Origin: a bacterium | GTDB taxonomy: Bacteria; Patescibacteriota; Minisyncoccia; JBBINA01 | Assembly: GCA_037444125.1 (NCBI GenBank) | Contig: JBBINA010000003.1 | Coordinates: forward strand, 3,167-67,166 | DNA: 64,000 nt | Reading direction: 5' to 3' | Made by a program: the position numbers and the translations under genes | Shown here: positions 50,117-59,861 of the stretch, piece after piece | How the letters are laid out: each line of letters begins with the position of its first letter | Numbering within the stretch: the stretch's first letter is position 1 | The notes under the pieces: generated by a model | Seen by the model: only the letters and a program-made list of their open reading frames with translations | Database searches by the model: none | Told to the model about the DNA's origin: nothing

Positions 50117-51106
50117 TTATTTTCTTTTTATCACGCGTTTAACCGCTTCTTTAATAGACGAGGTGCCAATTTCATAAAACTCAATAAGCTCTTCAGGACT
50201 GCCCGATTGTCCAAATTTATCATTTATTCCCACAAACTCAATCGGAACTGGTGAATTTTTAACACATAATTCGGCAATAGCACCACCCAAACCTCCATTA
50301 ATTTGATGCTCTTCAACAGTTACGACTGCCCGCGTGCTTCTTATAGCTTCCAGTAAAACTACCTCATCAAGGGGTTTAACCGTAGGCAAATTAATCACTT
50401 TAACCTTAACATTCTCCTCATCAAGTTGTTTAGCCGCCAGCAAAGCATTATAAACTAAAGAACCAGTAGCAATAATTGCCGCGTCGTTACCAGAATCCCA
50501 ATAAATATATGCCTTACCTATTTCAAAAGGTGATTCTTCAGAAGTTATTACTGGCGTCGCTTCGCGAGCCAAACGTATATAAGTTGGCTTGCCATTAAAA
50601 GCCGCCGCCACCGTGGCTTTTCGCGCCTCAAGCCAATCACACGGAGATAATACTATCATATTAGGTAAAACCCTCATAATAGCAATATCTTCTAAGGCTT
50701 GATGTGTTCCTCCATCTGGCCCTACAGACACTCCTGCATGTGCACCACCAAGTTTAACTGGCACATCATTATAACAAACAGTGGTCCGGATTTGTTCCCA
50801 ATTTCTCCCTGGGCTAAAAACAGCATATGACGAAATAAAAGGAATTTTGCCGTAATTAGCCAATCCAGCTGCTACTGTTACTAAATTCTGCTCGGCCACG
50901 CCAACTTCAATAAACCTATCGGGAAATTTCTCTTTAAACCATAAAGACTTCGTGCTCTCAGTCAAATCAGCGCAAAGGACCACTACATTTTTATTCTGTT
51001 CGCCGGCAATTACCAAACCCTTGCCATAACCATCGCGTATCGGAATTTTTTTAATAGCCGATAAATTAAATAAATCTGGATTCAGTTTTAAATTTTGATT
51101 CAACAT
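50117..51106 (-). CDS. transketolase, C-terminal (pyrimidine-binding) subunit
   Basis: 329 aa matching the Pyr and C-terminal domains of split transketolase. Confidence 0.8.
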   Translation of the reverse strand: MLNQNLKLNPDLFNLSAIKKIPIRDGYGKGLVIAGEQNKNVVVLCADLTESTKSLWFKEKFPDRFIEVGVAEQNLVTVAAGLANYGKIPFISSYAVFSPGRNWEQIRTTVCYNDVPVKLGGAHAGVSVGPDGGTHQALEDIAIMRVLPNMIVLSPCDWLEARKATVAAAFNGKPTYIRLAREATPVITSEESPFEIGKAYIYWDSGNDAAIIATGSLVYNALLAAKQLDEENVKVKVINLPTVKPLDEVVLLEAIRSTRAVVTVEEHQINGGLGGAIAELCVKNSPVPIEFVGINDKFGQSGSPEELIEFYEIGTSSIKEAVKRVIKRK

Positions 51107-51129
51107 CTTTAATGTCTAATATTTAAAGC

Positions 51130-51987
51130 TTATTGATGTTCGCTCTGAATTTTTCCACCTAGGGTTCTTAATTGATCCAGAGCTCTTTTTGCCTCTTCTT
51201 GATTAGGCGGTTTTCCATGCCACTCATACTGAAATTCCATAAAATCGATGTCCTTACCAGGAATTGTATGAGCAATAATGGCAGTTGGCTTTTCAAATAC
51301 AGCTTTAGCATGCTCGCAGGCATCAATTATTTCCCGAAAATTATGACCATCAATATGAAGTGTATGCCAATTAAAAGAACGGTATTTTTTATCAAGCGGT
51401 TCAAGTGGCATTACTTCTTCTGTGTAACCATCTATTTGAATATTGTTTCTATCTATAATAACGGTCAAATTATTCAACCTGTATTTTGAAGCAAACATTA
51501 CTGCTTCCCAAGTATTACCTGAATCATGCTCGCCATCAGACATTAGGCAATAAATGCGAAATTTTTTCTTGTCCATTTTAGCCCCAACAGCAATTCCACA
51601 AGCTTGCGACAAGCCAGAACCCAACGGCCCAGAAGTCGTTTCTAATCCAGGTAAAGAAGTCCGATGAGGATGACCCTGCAAGCGACTGTTCAGTTTTCTT
51701 AGAGTCAAAAGCTCTTCTATAGGAAAATAGCCTGCATGAGCCATAGCGGCATATCTTGCTGGACAAATATGGCCATTGGATAAAATAAGTCTATCTCTTT
51801 CCGGCCATTCTGGATTTTTAGGATCGTGGTTCAAGATATGAAAATATAAGGCGGTAAAAACATCAACCATACCTAAGGAACCAGCAGAATGCCCGGAACC
51901 AGCCCTAAGCAACATTTGAATTATATCTTGCCTAATAGTATTTGCTGTTATTTTAAGTTGTTCTTCGTTGTAATTAAAAGGATTCAT
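51130..51987 (-). CDS. transketolase, N-terminal (thiamine-diphosphate-binding) subunit
   Basis: 285 aa: GHSAGSLGMVDV...GHICPARYA...SDGEHDSGNTWEA, the TPP-binding fold. Confidence 0.8.
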   Translation of the reverse strand: MNPFNYNEEQLKITANTIRQDIIQMLLRAGSGHSAGSLGMVDVFTALYFHILNHDPKNPEWPERDRLILSNGHICPARYAAMAHAGYFPIEELLTLRKLNSRLQGHPHRTSLPGLETTSGPLGSGLSQACGIAVGAKMDKKKFRIYCLMSDGEHDSGNTWEAVMFASKYRLNNLTVIIDRNNIQIDGYTEEVMPLEPLDKKYRSFNWHTLHIDGHNFREIIDACEHAKAVFEKPTAIIAHTIPGKDIDFMEFQYEWHGKPPNQEEAKRALDQLRTLGGKIQSEHQ

Positions 51988-52014
51988 ACATATTTTATTT
52001 TAGCAAAAAATTAA

Positions 52015-52689
52015 TCAACCATTAACTAATTCCTGCAATCTCATAAAATTTTCTCTGGCTTCACCTTGCCAAATAAAACTTCCCACACTAAAAATTGTAG
52101 CACCAGCTTCTTTTAATTTTAAAATGTTTTGTTCATTAATGCCACCGTCAACTTCAATAACCAAATTAGGATGTTTAGCCTTCAAGTAAGTAATCTTATC
52201 ATAAATACCCAATTCAAAAGCCTTACCTTGAAAACCTGGCTCCTTAATTGCCAAAAGCAACACTGAATCAATTTTATCTACAAAAGAGTCAATGAAACGA
52301 ACGCTTGTTTCATATAACAAACCAATGCCTATCTTCAGTTTTTCTTTTTTTAAAAGATTAATAAAATTATTTACAGCTGAAGTCCTGGCAGTTTTTTTAA
52401 GATCCCAGAAGCTTTCCAAGTGAAAAATAATTTTTTTTGTCCCTCCATTGAGCCATCTTTTATAAGCTTGATGTGGATTTTTCACCATTAAGTGAACTTC
52501 AAGATTCAAATTTTGACTAAATTCAATTAATTTTTCGCCATTTAAAAAACTGCTACTTTTGGTCAATGTACGATCAGCTACATCTATTTGAAAATCTTTG
52601 GTTTCGCTGTTTAATAGATTAATTTTTTGCCTGATAGAAAAAAAATCCTTTTCCAAAATAGCCGGAATAATTTTACATTCTTTTATCAC
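52015..52689 (-). CDS. rpe: ribulose-phosphate 3-epimerase
   Basis: 224 aa, a TIM barrel. EPGFQGKAF matches the RPE motif NPGFGGQKF, and the HLMV and DGGIN motifs are present. Confidence 0.7.
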   Translation of the reverse strand: MIKECKIIPAILEKDFFSIRQKINLLNSETKDFQIDVADRTLTKSSSFLNGEKLIEFSQNLNLEVHLMVKNPHQAYKRWLNGGTKKIIFHLESFWDLKKTARTSAVNNFINLLKKEKLKIGIGLLYETSVRFIDSFVDKIDSVLLLAIKEPGFQGKAFELGIYDKITYLKAKHPNLVIEVDGGINEQNILKLKEAGATIFSVGSFIWQGEARENFMRLQELVNG

Positions 52690-52754
52690 TCTTTTCTTTA
52701 TGTTAATTTTTAACAGCTTCTATTTTCTTTTATTCAAATATTATAAAAAAATAA

Positions 52755-53795
52755 TTAGCTCAATTTTAACACATGCTCCAATAAAGTCGCGCAATAGCCC
52801 CATTCATTATCATACCAAGAAAAAACTTTCACCATATCGCCGTCTAAAACTTTAGTAAGAGTGAGGTCAATAATAGCTCCGTATGGTTCGCCAATAATAT
52901 CGGAAGAAACTAAAGGCGTATCGCTTACTTTAATAATTTTGCGCCACCTCTCATCTTCATTTGCTTTTTTAAAAATATTATTAACCTCTTCAACTGTTGT
53001 CTTTCTTTTAGCCAAAAAAGTAAAATCAACCAAAGATCCAGTAATCACTGGCACACGAATAGCTAAAGCCTCAAATCTATTCTCAATATAAGGAAGCGAT
53101 CTTATAACTGCGTCAGCGGCTCCAGTATGGCTGGGTATAATATTAAAAGCAGCGGCTCTCCCCCTTAAAAAATCACCCTTTTTTCCAGGCCCATCAACTA
53201 AACTTTGAGTCGCTGTATAAGCATGTATAGTAGTCATCATACCTTTAATAATACCTAAAGACTCTTCCAAAATAGAAACCAAAGGCACAACCGCATTAGT
53301 TGTACATGAGGCATTAGCGGTAATGCGTTGCTCGCGGACTTTAACTTCAAAAAACTTTTCATTATTTGCCCCCACTAAAACATGAGGAACATCACTAGTA
53401 GATGGAGCAGTAATAACCACTCTTTTGGCGCCGGCTTCAAGATGCTTTTCAGCAGACTCGCGGTCATTAAAGACGCCAGTTGACTCAAGTACAACATCGA
53501 TGGATAGTTCGCCCCAAGGCAATCTATCTGGTTCTCTCTCGGCAAAAAGCAATATTTCCTTACCTTCAATAACCATTTTACCTATTGATTCCGTATTGGC
53601 CAATTTCGTTCTCTCATTCTTAATTTCAATGTCTTGCTTATATCTCCCGTAAACAGTATCGTACTTAAGCAAATAAGCCAAATTGTCAGGCTCGCCTAAA
53701 TCATTAATCGCCACTATAGAAATATCTTTTCTATCAAATGCCTGTTTAAAAAAACAGCGTCCAATTCGGCCAAAACCATTTATGGCTACGCGCAT
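52755..53795 (-). CDS. gap: glyceraldehyde-3-phosphate dehydrogenase
   Basis: 346 aa: MRVAINGFGRIGR..., the catalytic ASCTTNA, and a typical GAPDH C-terminal domain. Confidence 0.9.
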   Translation of the reverse strand: MRVAINGFGRIGRCFFKQAFDRKDISIVAINDLGEPDNLAYLLKYDTVYGRYKQDIEIKNERTKLANTESIGKMVIEGKEILLFAEREPDRLPWGELSIDVVLESTGVFNDRESAEKHLEAGAKRVVITAPSTSDVPHVLVGANNEKFFEVKVREQRITANASCTTNAVVPLVSILEESLGIIKGMMTTIHAYTATQSLVDGPGKKGDFLRGRAAAFNIIPSHTGAADAVIRSLPYIENRFEALAIRVPVITGSLVDFTFLAKRKTTVEEVNNIFKKANEDERWRKIIKVSDTPLVSSDIIGEPYGAIIDLTLTKVLDGDMVKVFSWYDNEWGYCATLLEHVLKLS

Positions 53796-53900
53796 AAAAA
53801 TAATTAAAATTAAATAAAATTAAAAACTGATTATTTAATTATTAATTATATTTAAGACCAACAAAATGTAAACCCACATATTTTCTCTTTTTAGATACAA

Positions 53901-53937
53901 AAGAATATAAAAAATGGCTCGGAAAATTCCGAGCCAT
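53901..53937 (-). terminator. Rho-independent terminator downstream of pps
   Basis: Perfect 9-bp hairpin ATGGCTCGG-aaaatt-CCGAGCCAT. On the minus strand it is followed by TTTTTATATTCTT. Confidence 0.55.
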
Positions 53938-53946
53938 ACAAACTTT

Positions 53947-56334
53947 TTAGCTATTATGTTGTGCTTCTTTCTTAGCAATAATTTGCCTTGTCTTTAAAAC
54001 TGTATCCGGGTTAAGAGAGATACTATCAATACCGCATTCAACTAGAAACTCGGCAAAATCTGGAAAATCTGACGGTGCCTGACCGCAGATTCCAATTTTC
54101 TTACCTTTTTTATGAACCTTTTCTACCACCTCGCGTAACAAAGCCTTAACGGCTGCATTGCGCTCATCGTAAATATGGGCAACCAATTCTGAATCGCGAT
54201 CCAATCCTAATGTTAACTGCGTTAAGTCATTGCTTCCGATAGAAAAGCCATCAAAAATCTCGGCAAACTCTTCGGCTAAAATAACATTACTTGGAATCTC
54301 GCACATCACATAAACTTCAAGGTCATTCTCGCCCTGACGCAGTCCAAACTCAACCATTGTCTTGATGACTTTACGACCTTCCTCAGGCGTCCTACAGAAA
54401 GGAATCATCACTTTAATGTTTGTCAAACCAAATTCATCGCGTGCCTTTTTAATTGCAAAACACTCTAAAGCAAAGGCGGGTTTAAATTTAGGATCATAAT
54501 AACGCGAGGCTCCTCGCCAGCCAATCATAGGATTTGATTCATTAGGTTCGTACAAAAATCCACCGATTAAACTACCGTACTCGTTAGTCTTAAAATCTGA
54601 TAACCTAACAATAACATCGTTAGGCCAAAAGGCGGCAGCAATTCTGCTGATGCCTCGTGCCAGTGTGTTGATAAAAAAATGTGTCTTGTCAGTATATCCT
54701 TTCGCACGTTGTTCAATCTTAATCACCGTATCGGCAATTCTAGGATCATCACTTGAAATAGCCTTCTCCTTTAACTCCTGGAAATTAACTAAAGCTAACG
54801 GGTGGATACCAATAGCGCTCGAAATAATAAACTCTATCCGCGCTAAACCCACACCGTCATTAGGTATTCGGCAATGCTGAAAAGCCTTTTCTGGCGTACC
54901 TACATTCATCATAATTTTGGTATGAGTTTGATCTTTCTTTACTGGAATCTTCTGACAATTATATTTTAACAAACCTTTAAAAACTCTACCTGTTCCGCTT
55001 GAACAATCAACCGTAATCTCATCGCCCGTATTAATAACTTGAGTAGCGTTTCCTGTACCAATAATACAGGGTATTCCCAGCTCGCGGCAGATAATAGCCG
55101 CATGGCAGGTACGACCCCCCCGTTCGGTCACCACTGCCGAAGCAATCTTCATTTGAGGCTCCATATCAGGATCAGTCATGGTAGTTACCAAAACTTCCCC
55201 TTTTTGGAAATGAATAATATCTTTTTTATCAAGCACTACTCGCGCTTTGCCGCTGCCAATCTTTGCACCGACTGGCTCGCCGGTTAAAATAATCTCGCCT
55301 TCCTGCTTTAACTCATAAATTTCATTTTCGCTGGCTTCTTTTTTTGCATGAATTGTTTCAGGTCTTGCCTGGACTATATAAATACCATTTTCGTCTTTAA
55401 CCCACTCAACATCCACATACCGACCATAGGTCTCCTCAATTATTATACACTGGCGAGCTAATTCCAAAGCCTCTTCATCTGAAATTGAAAACTGCTCGCG
55501 ATCAAAAACTGGAACTTGCTCGCGCACTAAACCACCATCATAAATCAGCTTTTCCTGTTTTAAACCACATTTTTTATCAATAACTGGCCTCTTGCCCTGT
55601 AGCAAGGTTGGCTTAAATACATAGAACTGGTCTGGGTTAACTTTTCCGCCAACCAAAAGCTCACCGAAACCATAAATTGAATTAATGTAAACAACCTTAT
55701 CAAAACCAGTTTCCGTATCAAGCGAAAACATTACACCAGAAGCTCCTCCTTTATCCGCTCTAACCATTCGCTGTACAATAATGCCTAATAGCACAGATTC
55801 TTCTGGTATTTTTCGGCCAACCCGATAAGAAATAGCCCGAGCATTAAAAAGCCCAGCTAGACACCCCCTGATACGTCCTATTAGCTCATCTTCTTCACGT
55901 ACACACAAAAAAGTATCAAATTGGCCAGCGAAAGACGCCACTTCCAGATCCTCTGTCGTAGCTGAGGAACGAACTGCCGCCATAAAATCATCTCTAAATC
56001 TTGCTTTCAGTTCGCGAAAAGATTTAATAACTAAACACCTAAGTTCATCAGGAAATTTAGCTTGAAAAAACAATGCCCTAATCTCTTCTGCTTTCTGCTC
56101 CATATCAAAAATTTTAGTAATATCAATGGTCTTAAAAATATCGTAAACTTGCTTCTTTATGCCTGTTAAATCAAGAAAGGCCCTATAAAATTCTGTAGTC
56201 AAAACAAATCCCTCAGGCACTTTAATATTATAGCTTGACAGAGATTGTAGCTTACCAAGCGAAAACGCCTTGCCGCCGACAAGATCATAATACTTGTCGG
56301 ATATTTGCTCAAAGAACAAAATAAGAGGATTCAT
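53947..56334 (-). CDS. ppsA: phosphoenolpyruvate synthase (pyruvate, water dikinase)
   Basis: 795 aa. N-terminal ATP-grasp domain (VGGKAFSLG), the phospho-His domain GGRTCHAAIICRELGIPCIIG, and a C-terminal PEP-utilising TIM barrel. Confidence 0.85.
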   Translation of the reverse strand: MNPLILFFEQISDKYYDLVGGKAFSLGKLQSLSSYNIKVPEGFVLTTEFYRAFLDLTGIKKQVYDIFKTIDITKIFDMEQKAEEIRALFFQAKFPDELRCLVIKSFRELKARFRDDFMAAVRSSATTEDLEVASFAGQFDTFLCVREEDELIGRIRGCLAGLFNARAISYRVGRKIPEESVLLGIIVQRMVRADKGGASGVMFSLDTETGFDKVVYINSIYGFGELLVGGKVNPDQFYVFKPTLLQGKRPVIDKKCGLKQEKLIYDGGLVREQVPVFDREQFSISDEEALELARQCIIIEETYGRYVDVEWVKDENGIYIVQARPETIHAKKEASENEIYELKQEGEIILTGEPVGAKIGSGKARVVLDKKDIIHFQKGEVLVTTMTDPDMEPQMKIASAVVTERGGRTCHAAIICRELGIPCIIGTGNATQVINTGDEITVDCSSGTGRVFKGLLKYNCQKIPVKKDQTHTKIMMNVGTPEKAFQHCRIPNDGVGLARIEFIISSAIGIHPLALVNFQELKEKAISSDDPRIADTVIKIEQRAKGYTDKTHFFINTLARGISRIAAAFWPNDVIVRLSDFKTNEYGSLIGGFLYEPNESNPMIGWRGASRYYDPKFKPAFALECFAIKKARDEFGLTNIKVMIPFCRTPEEGRKVIKTMVEFGLRQGENDLEVYVMCEIPSNVILAEEFAEIFDGFSIGSNDLTQLTLGLDRDSELVAHIYDERNAAVKALLREVVEKVHKKGKKIGICGQAPSDFPDFAEFLVECGIDSISLNPDTVLKTRQIIAKKEAQHNS

Positions 56335-56563
56335 TTTTCATACTCCTCCTTTTGAGATGTTTAGGGTACTGCTTTATGATTATAATAATCCTAAATTTGC
56401 AGTCAAGTAATTAATTAAGTCATTAAAAATAAGCTAGTCAATTTATTGCTTATATTAAAACATATTTATATCTGTCAGATTTAAGCTGACATTACATCAT
56501 TCTCCTTTATTATTCTCTTGATATTAAAGTGGTTCGCAATCTTAGAAACAAATGATATTAATT

Positions 56564-59314
56564 CTACTTACCGTGGCATTTTTTATATTTTTTACCGCTC
56601 CCGCAAGGACAAGGTTCATTACGACCGACTTTCCGACCAAACTCAGACTTACGCTCGTGATATCGGTAATAAACATTGCCTTTTGTCTGCAATTTTTCCT
56701 CGCTCATATTAATATTTTCCCGAACATTCTCTATTGGCAACACATTAACCTCTTCTTTGGAAAAAACAATGTTACGCGGGTGCTCCTCTTGTTTTTTTTC
56801 GGTCATTTCAACTTTAAAAAATATCTGAACAACTTGACTTTCAATATGATTCAATAAAACAGAAAAGTGCCGTCGCGCTTCTGTTTTGTATTCGACCAAG
56901 GGATCACGTTGTCCATAAGCCCTTAACCTAACCGCGTCGCGCAATTCCTGAAGCACAGTTAAATGTTCCTGCCAATAAAAATCAATATTATGTAAAATAA
57001 AATATCTTAAAACTTCATTAATTAAATCTTGACCAAATTTTTTTTCGCGCTTTTCAAATTCTTGACAAAATATAGTATACAAATAGTCAATAATTTCTTT
57101 TTGTTTAAGATGAGGACTTAAGCTTGTTTTAGTTAAACCATCAAGTTCTTTATGAAGGTCAAAAGTCGGTTTAATAATATTCTTTATCTCTTCGCTTAAT
57201 TCCTCCACATCCCAGGCCCCAACATTCATAACCGGCAAAAGAACCTCGACAATATTCTTAATATATCGTTTCACTTGCTCCAAAAAATTATCTTTAAGAA
57301 CAAAAGTTTTATTCTCTTTATATGTCTCGTAATCTTGCAAAACTTGCCTACGTAGGCGATAAATAGTTTGCCTCTGAACATTCAAAACATCATCATACTC
57401 AAGCACATGCTTTCGCAAATCAAAATTAAGTGCTTCAATTTTGCTCTGCGCCTTTTCAATCAAAGAACTAATAAAAGGGTGTTGAATTGGTTCATTATCG
57501 GGCATCCTAAAACGTTCCATTACCTGCTTAAGACGGTCTCCGCCCAAAACTCTTAAAATTTCATCTTCCAAAGAAACAATAAATTGAGACTCGCCTGGAT
57601 CTCCTTGACGACCGGAGCGTCCCCGCAGCTGATTATCAATACGCCTAGCTTCATGCCGCTCCGTGCCCAAAACAAAAAGCCCGCCCGCTTTAATTACACG
57701 TTCCCTTTCTTCAGGAATAACAGGATTACCTCCTAAAATGATATCAACACCACGACCAGCCATATTTGTTGCTACTGTAACTGCTCGAAAACGCCCAGCC
57801 TGGGCAATAATTTCTCCTTCCTTCTCATGATTTTTTGCATTTAAAACATTATGGGGAATATTAGCTTTGCGCAAATATTTAGATATTTCTTCGTTTTTAT
57901 CAATGGAACGCGTGCCGATTAGAACGGGTTGACCCGTTTTATGTCTTTCTATTACCTCCCTCACAATAGCTTCATATTTTTCCTTCTCGGTTTTAAAAAT
58001 TTTGTCGGGATAATCGCGACGGATCATTGGTTTATTAGTCGGCACTACCACAGCTTCCAAATTATAAACTTTATAAAACTCTTCGCTTGAAGTCTCGGCT
58101 GTACCAGTCATACCAGCCAATTTTTCATATAGACGAAAATAGTTCTGAAAAGTAATAGTTGCCAAAGTCCTTGATTCAGCTTTAACTTCAACGTTTTCCT
58201 GCGCTTCAATAGCCTGATGTAATCCTTCAGAAAAACGCCTACCATAAAGAAGCCTGCCAGTAAACTCGTCAACAATTATAACTTCGCCATCTCGTACCAC
58301 ATAGTCTCTATCACGTTTATATAAAGCCTTAGCCCTTAAAGCTTGAGTTATATGATGCAAGGTCCGCACATCACCTCCTTTATATGGATCGCGGCCGAGA
58401 ATTTTAGTTATTTTGTCAATTCCTTTTTCAGTCAAGGATACGGCTTTCATTTTATAATCAAGATTGTAGTCCTCATTTTCAATAAAACCGCTGATATGAC
58501 GTGCAAATTCATTATAACGGTTAGTAGCTTCAAAGTCCGGCTGTGAAATAATAAGAGGTGTACGCGACTCATCAATCAATATTGAATCCACTTCATCAAC
58601 AATGGCATAATAATGACCTCTCTGCGAAACATCCTTAAGGCTATGCACAAGATTGTCTCGCAAATAGTCAAAACCAAATTCATTATTAGTACCATAAGTA
58701 ATATCGCACAAATAAGCCTCTCGGCGAGAAATTGGACGCAAATGTTGATGAAATACCTTAAAGGCGCCGGTTTTCTTTTCTTCTTGTTCAAGGCTCTGCG
58801 ATTCTTCTATGTGAGTTGGGTCATAGATATAAGAGGCTTCGTGAACTATGCAGGCCGTTTTTAAACCTAATAAGTCATAAATCTGTCCCATCCAAGCTGT
58901 ATCGCGTTGCGCTAAATAATCATTAACAGTAACCAAATGGCAACCTTTTCCCGTTAGAGCATTCAAATAAAGCGGCAAGGTCGCCACCAAGGTTTTACCT
59001 TCGCCTGTCTTCATCTCAGCAATTTTTCCTTGATGCAAAACAATACCACCAATAAGTTGAACATCGTAATGACGCTGGCCGATGGTGCGCTTGGCGGCTT
59101 CTCTTACTAAAGCAAAAGCTTCGGGCAAAATATCGTCAAGGGTTTGTCCTTGTTTTAATCTTTCTTTAAATTCCTCTGTTTTAAGCTTCAAATCTGGGGT
59201 CTTAATCTTCTCAAAATCTGGCTCAAGTTTATTAATTTTTTCAATAATCGGCGCCATTCTCTTAAGCAATCTCTGTTGGGGGTTGCCGAATAAATTTGAA
59301 ATAAATTTAAACAT
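56564..59314 (-). CDS. secA: preprotein translocase ATPase SecA
   Basis: About 916 aa. The probable start is MFKFISNLFGNPQQRLLKRM (compare E. coli [21 protein letters not shown]). DEAD-like motor domains and a C-terminal zinc finger CPCGSGKKYKKCHG. Confidence 0.9.
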   Translation of the reverse strand: MFKFISNLFGNPQQRLLKRMAPIIEKINKLEPDFEKIKTPDLKLKTEEFKERLKQGQTLDDILPEAFALVREAAKRTIGQRHYDVQLIGGIVLHQGKIAEMKTGEGKTLVATLPLYLNALTGKGCHLVTVNDYLAQRDTAWMGQIYDLLGLKTACIVHEASYIYDPTHIEESQSLEQEEKKTGAFKVFHQHLRPISRREAYLCDITYGTNNEFGFDYLRDNLVHSLKDVSQRGHYYAIVDEVDSILIDESRTPLIISQPDFEATNRYNEFARHISGFIENEDYNLDYKMKAVSLTEKGIDKITKILGRDPYKGGDVRTLHHITQALRAKALYKRDRDYVVRDGEVIIVDEFTGRLLYGRRFSEGLHQAIEAQENVEVKAESRTLATITFQNYFRLYEKLAGMTGTAETSSEEFYKVYNLEAVVVPTNKPMIRRDYPDKIFKTEKEKYEAIVREVIERHKTGQPVLIGTRSIDKNEEISKYLRKANIPHNVLNAKNHEKEGEIIAQAGRFRAVTVATNMAGRGVDIILGGNPVIPEERERVIKAGGLFVLGTERHEARRIDNQLRGRSGRQGDPGESQFIVSLEDEILRVLGGDRLKQVMERFRMPDNEPIQHPFISSLIEKAQSKIEALNFDLRKHVLEYDDVLNVQRQTIYRLRRQVLQDYETYKENKTFVLKDNFLEQVKRYIKNIVEVLLPVMNVGAWDVEELSEEIKNIIKPTFDLHKELDGLTKTSLSPHLKQKEIIDYLYTIFCQEFEKREKKFGQDLINEVLRYFILHNIDFYWQEHLTVLQELRDAVRLRAYGQRDPLVEYKTEARRHFSVLLNHIESQVVQIFFKVEMTEKKQEEHPRNIVFSKEEVNVLPIENVRENINMSEEKLQTKGNVYYRYHERKSEFGRKVGRNEPCPCGSGKKYKKCHGK

Positions 59315-59333
59315 AAATATATTTAACTTAATA

Positions 59334-59696
59334 TTATTCAAACTGCAGTCGCATATTTTCTTTAATACGCCTACTTTTACGCCTCTTAAGATCTAATATC
59401 TTTTCTTTATATTTTTTAAGTTCAATCAATATTTCTTTTACGGCCTCATCAAGGGCTGTCTGAAAATTTTCACCTATACCAACTGACCGCAAGGCTTTCC
59501 TCTTAAGAGGAATATCAATAATTATATTAAGAAATGGTCCTTTTTTGCGGCGAGCTAAACGACTAACTTCAAACCAAAGGTCTTTTTTACCGGGCATCGC
59601 TCCTAAAATTTCTTTAAGTTTATTAATCTTTTTATTAAAATAATTTAGGTCTAAATCGCTCGGCTGAAAGTCACGCCAAATAATTTTATGATCCAT
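59334..59696 (-). CDS. hpf: ribosome hibernation promoting factor / RaiA-family protein
   Basis: 120 aa with the HPF-like pattern (..DLWFEVSRL...FLNIIIDIP...ALDEAVKEILIELKKYKEK). The hpf-secA gene order is common. Confidence 0.5.
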   Translation of the reverse strand: MDHKIIWRDFQPSDLDLNYFNKKINKLKEILGAMPGKKDLWFEVSRLARRKKGPFLNIIIDIPLKRKALRSVGIGENFQTALDEAVKEILIELKKYKEKILDLKRRKSRRIKENMRLQFE

Positions 59697-59861
59697 TATA
59701 GTATATTAACTTGTAAAAAGATTTTAAAAACTTTGATAATAAAAGTCAAATAAAACCATTTATCGCTCTTAACTGTCGTAATAGTTAAATTCAAGCTCAT
59801 TAACTGTATAAATCTAATCAAATTTAAAACCGCGTTTATAAAAAACAGCTTCATTCTAAAT

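Noticed and set aside
50117-51987. Transketolase split into two genes treated as a possible frameshift or pseudogene
   Set aside because: The two ORFs correspond exactly to the N-terminal TPP-binding and C-terminal Pyr domains, with a 23-bp gap and separate starts. This is the well-known two-subunit transketolase arrangement, not a disruption.
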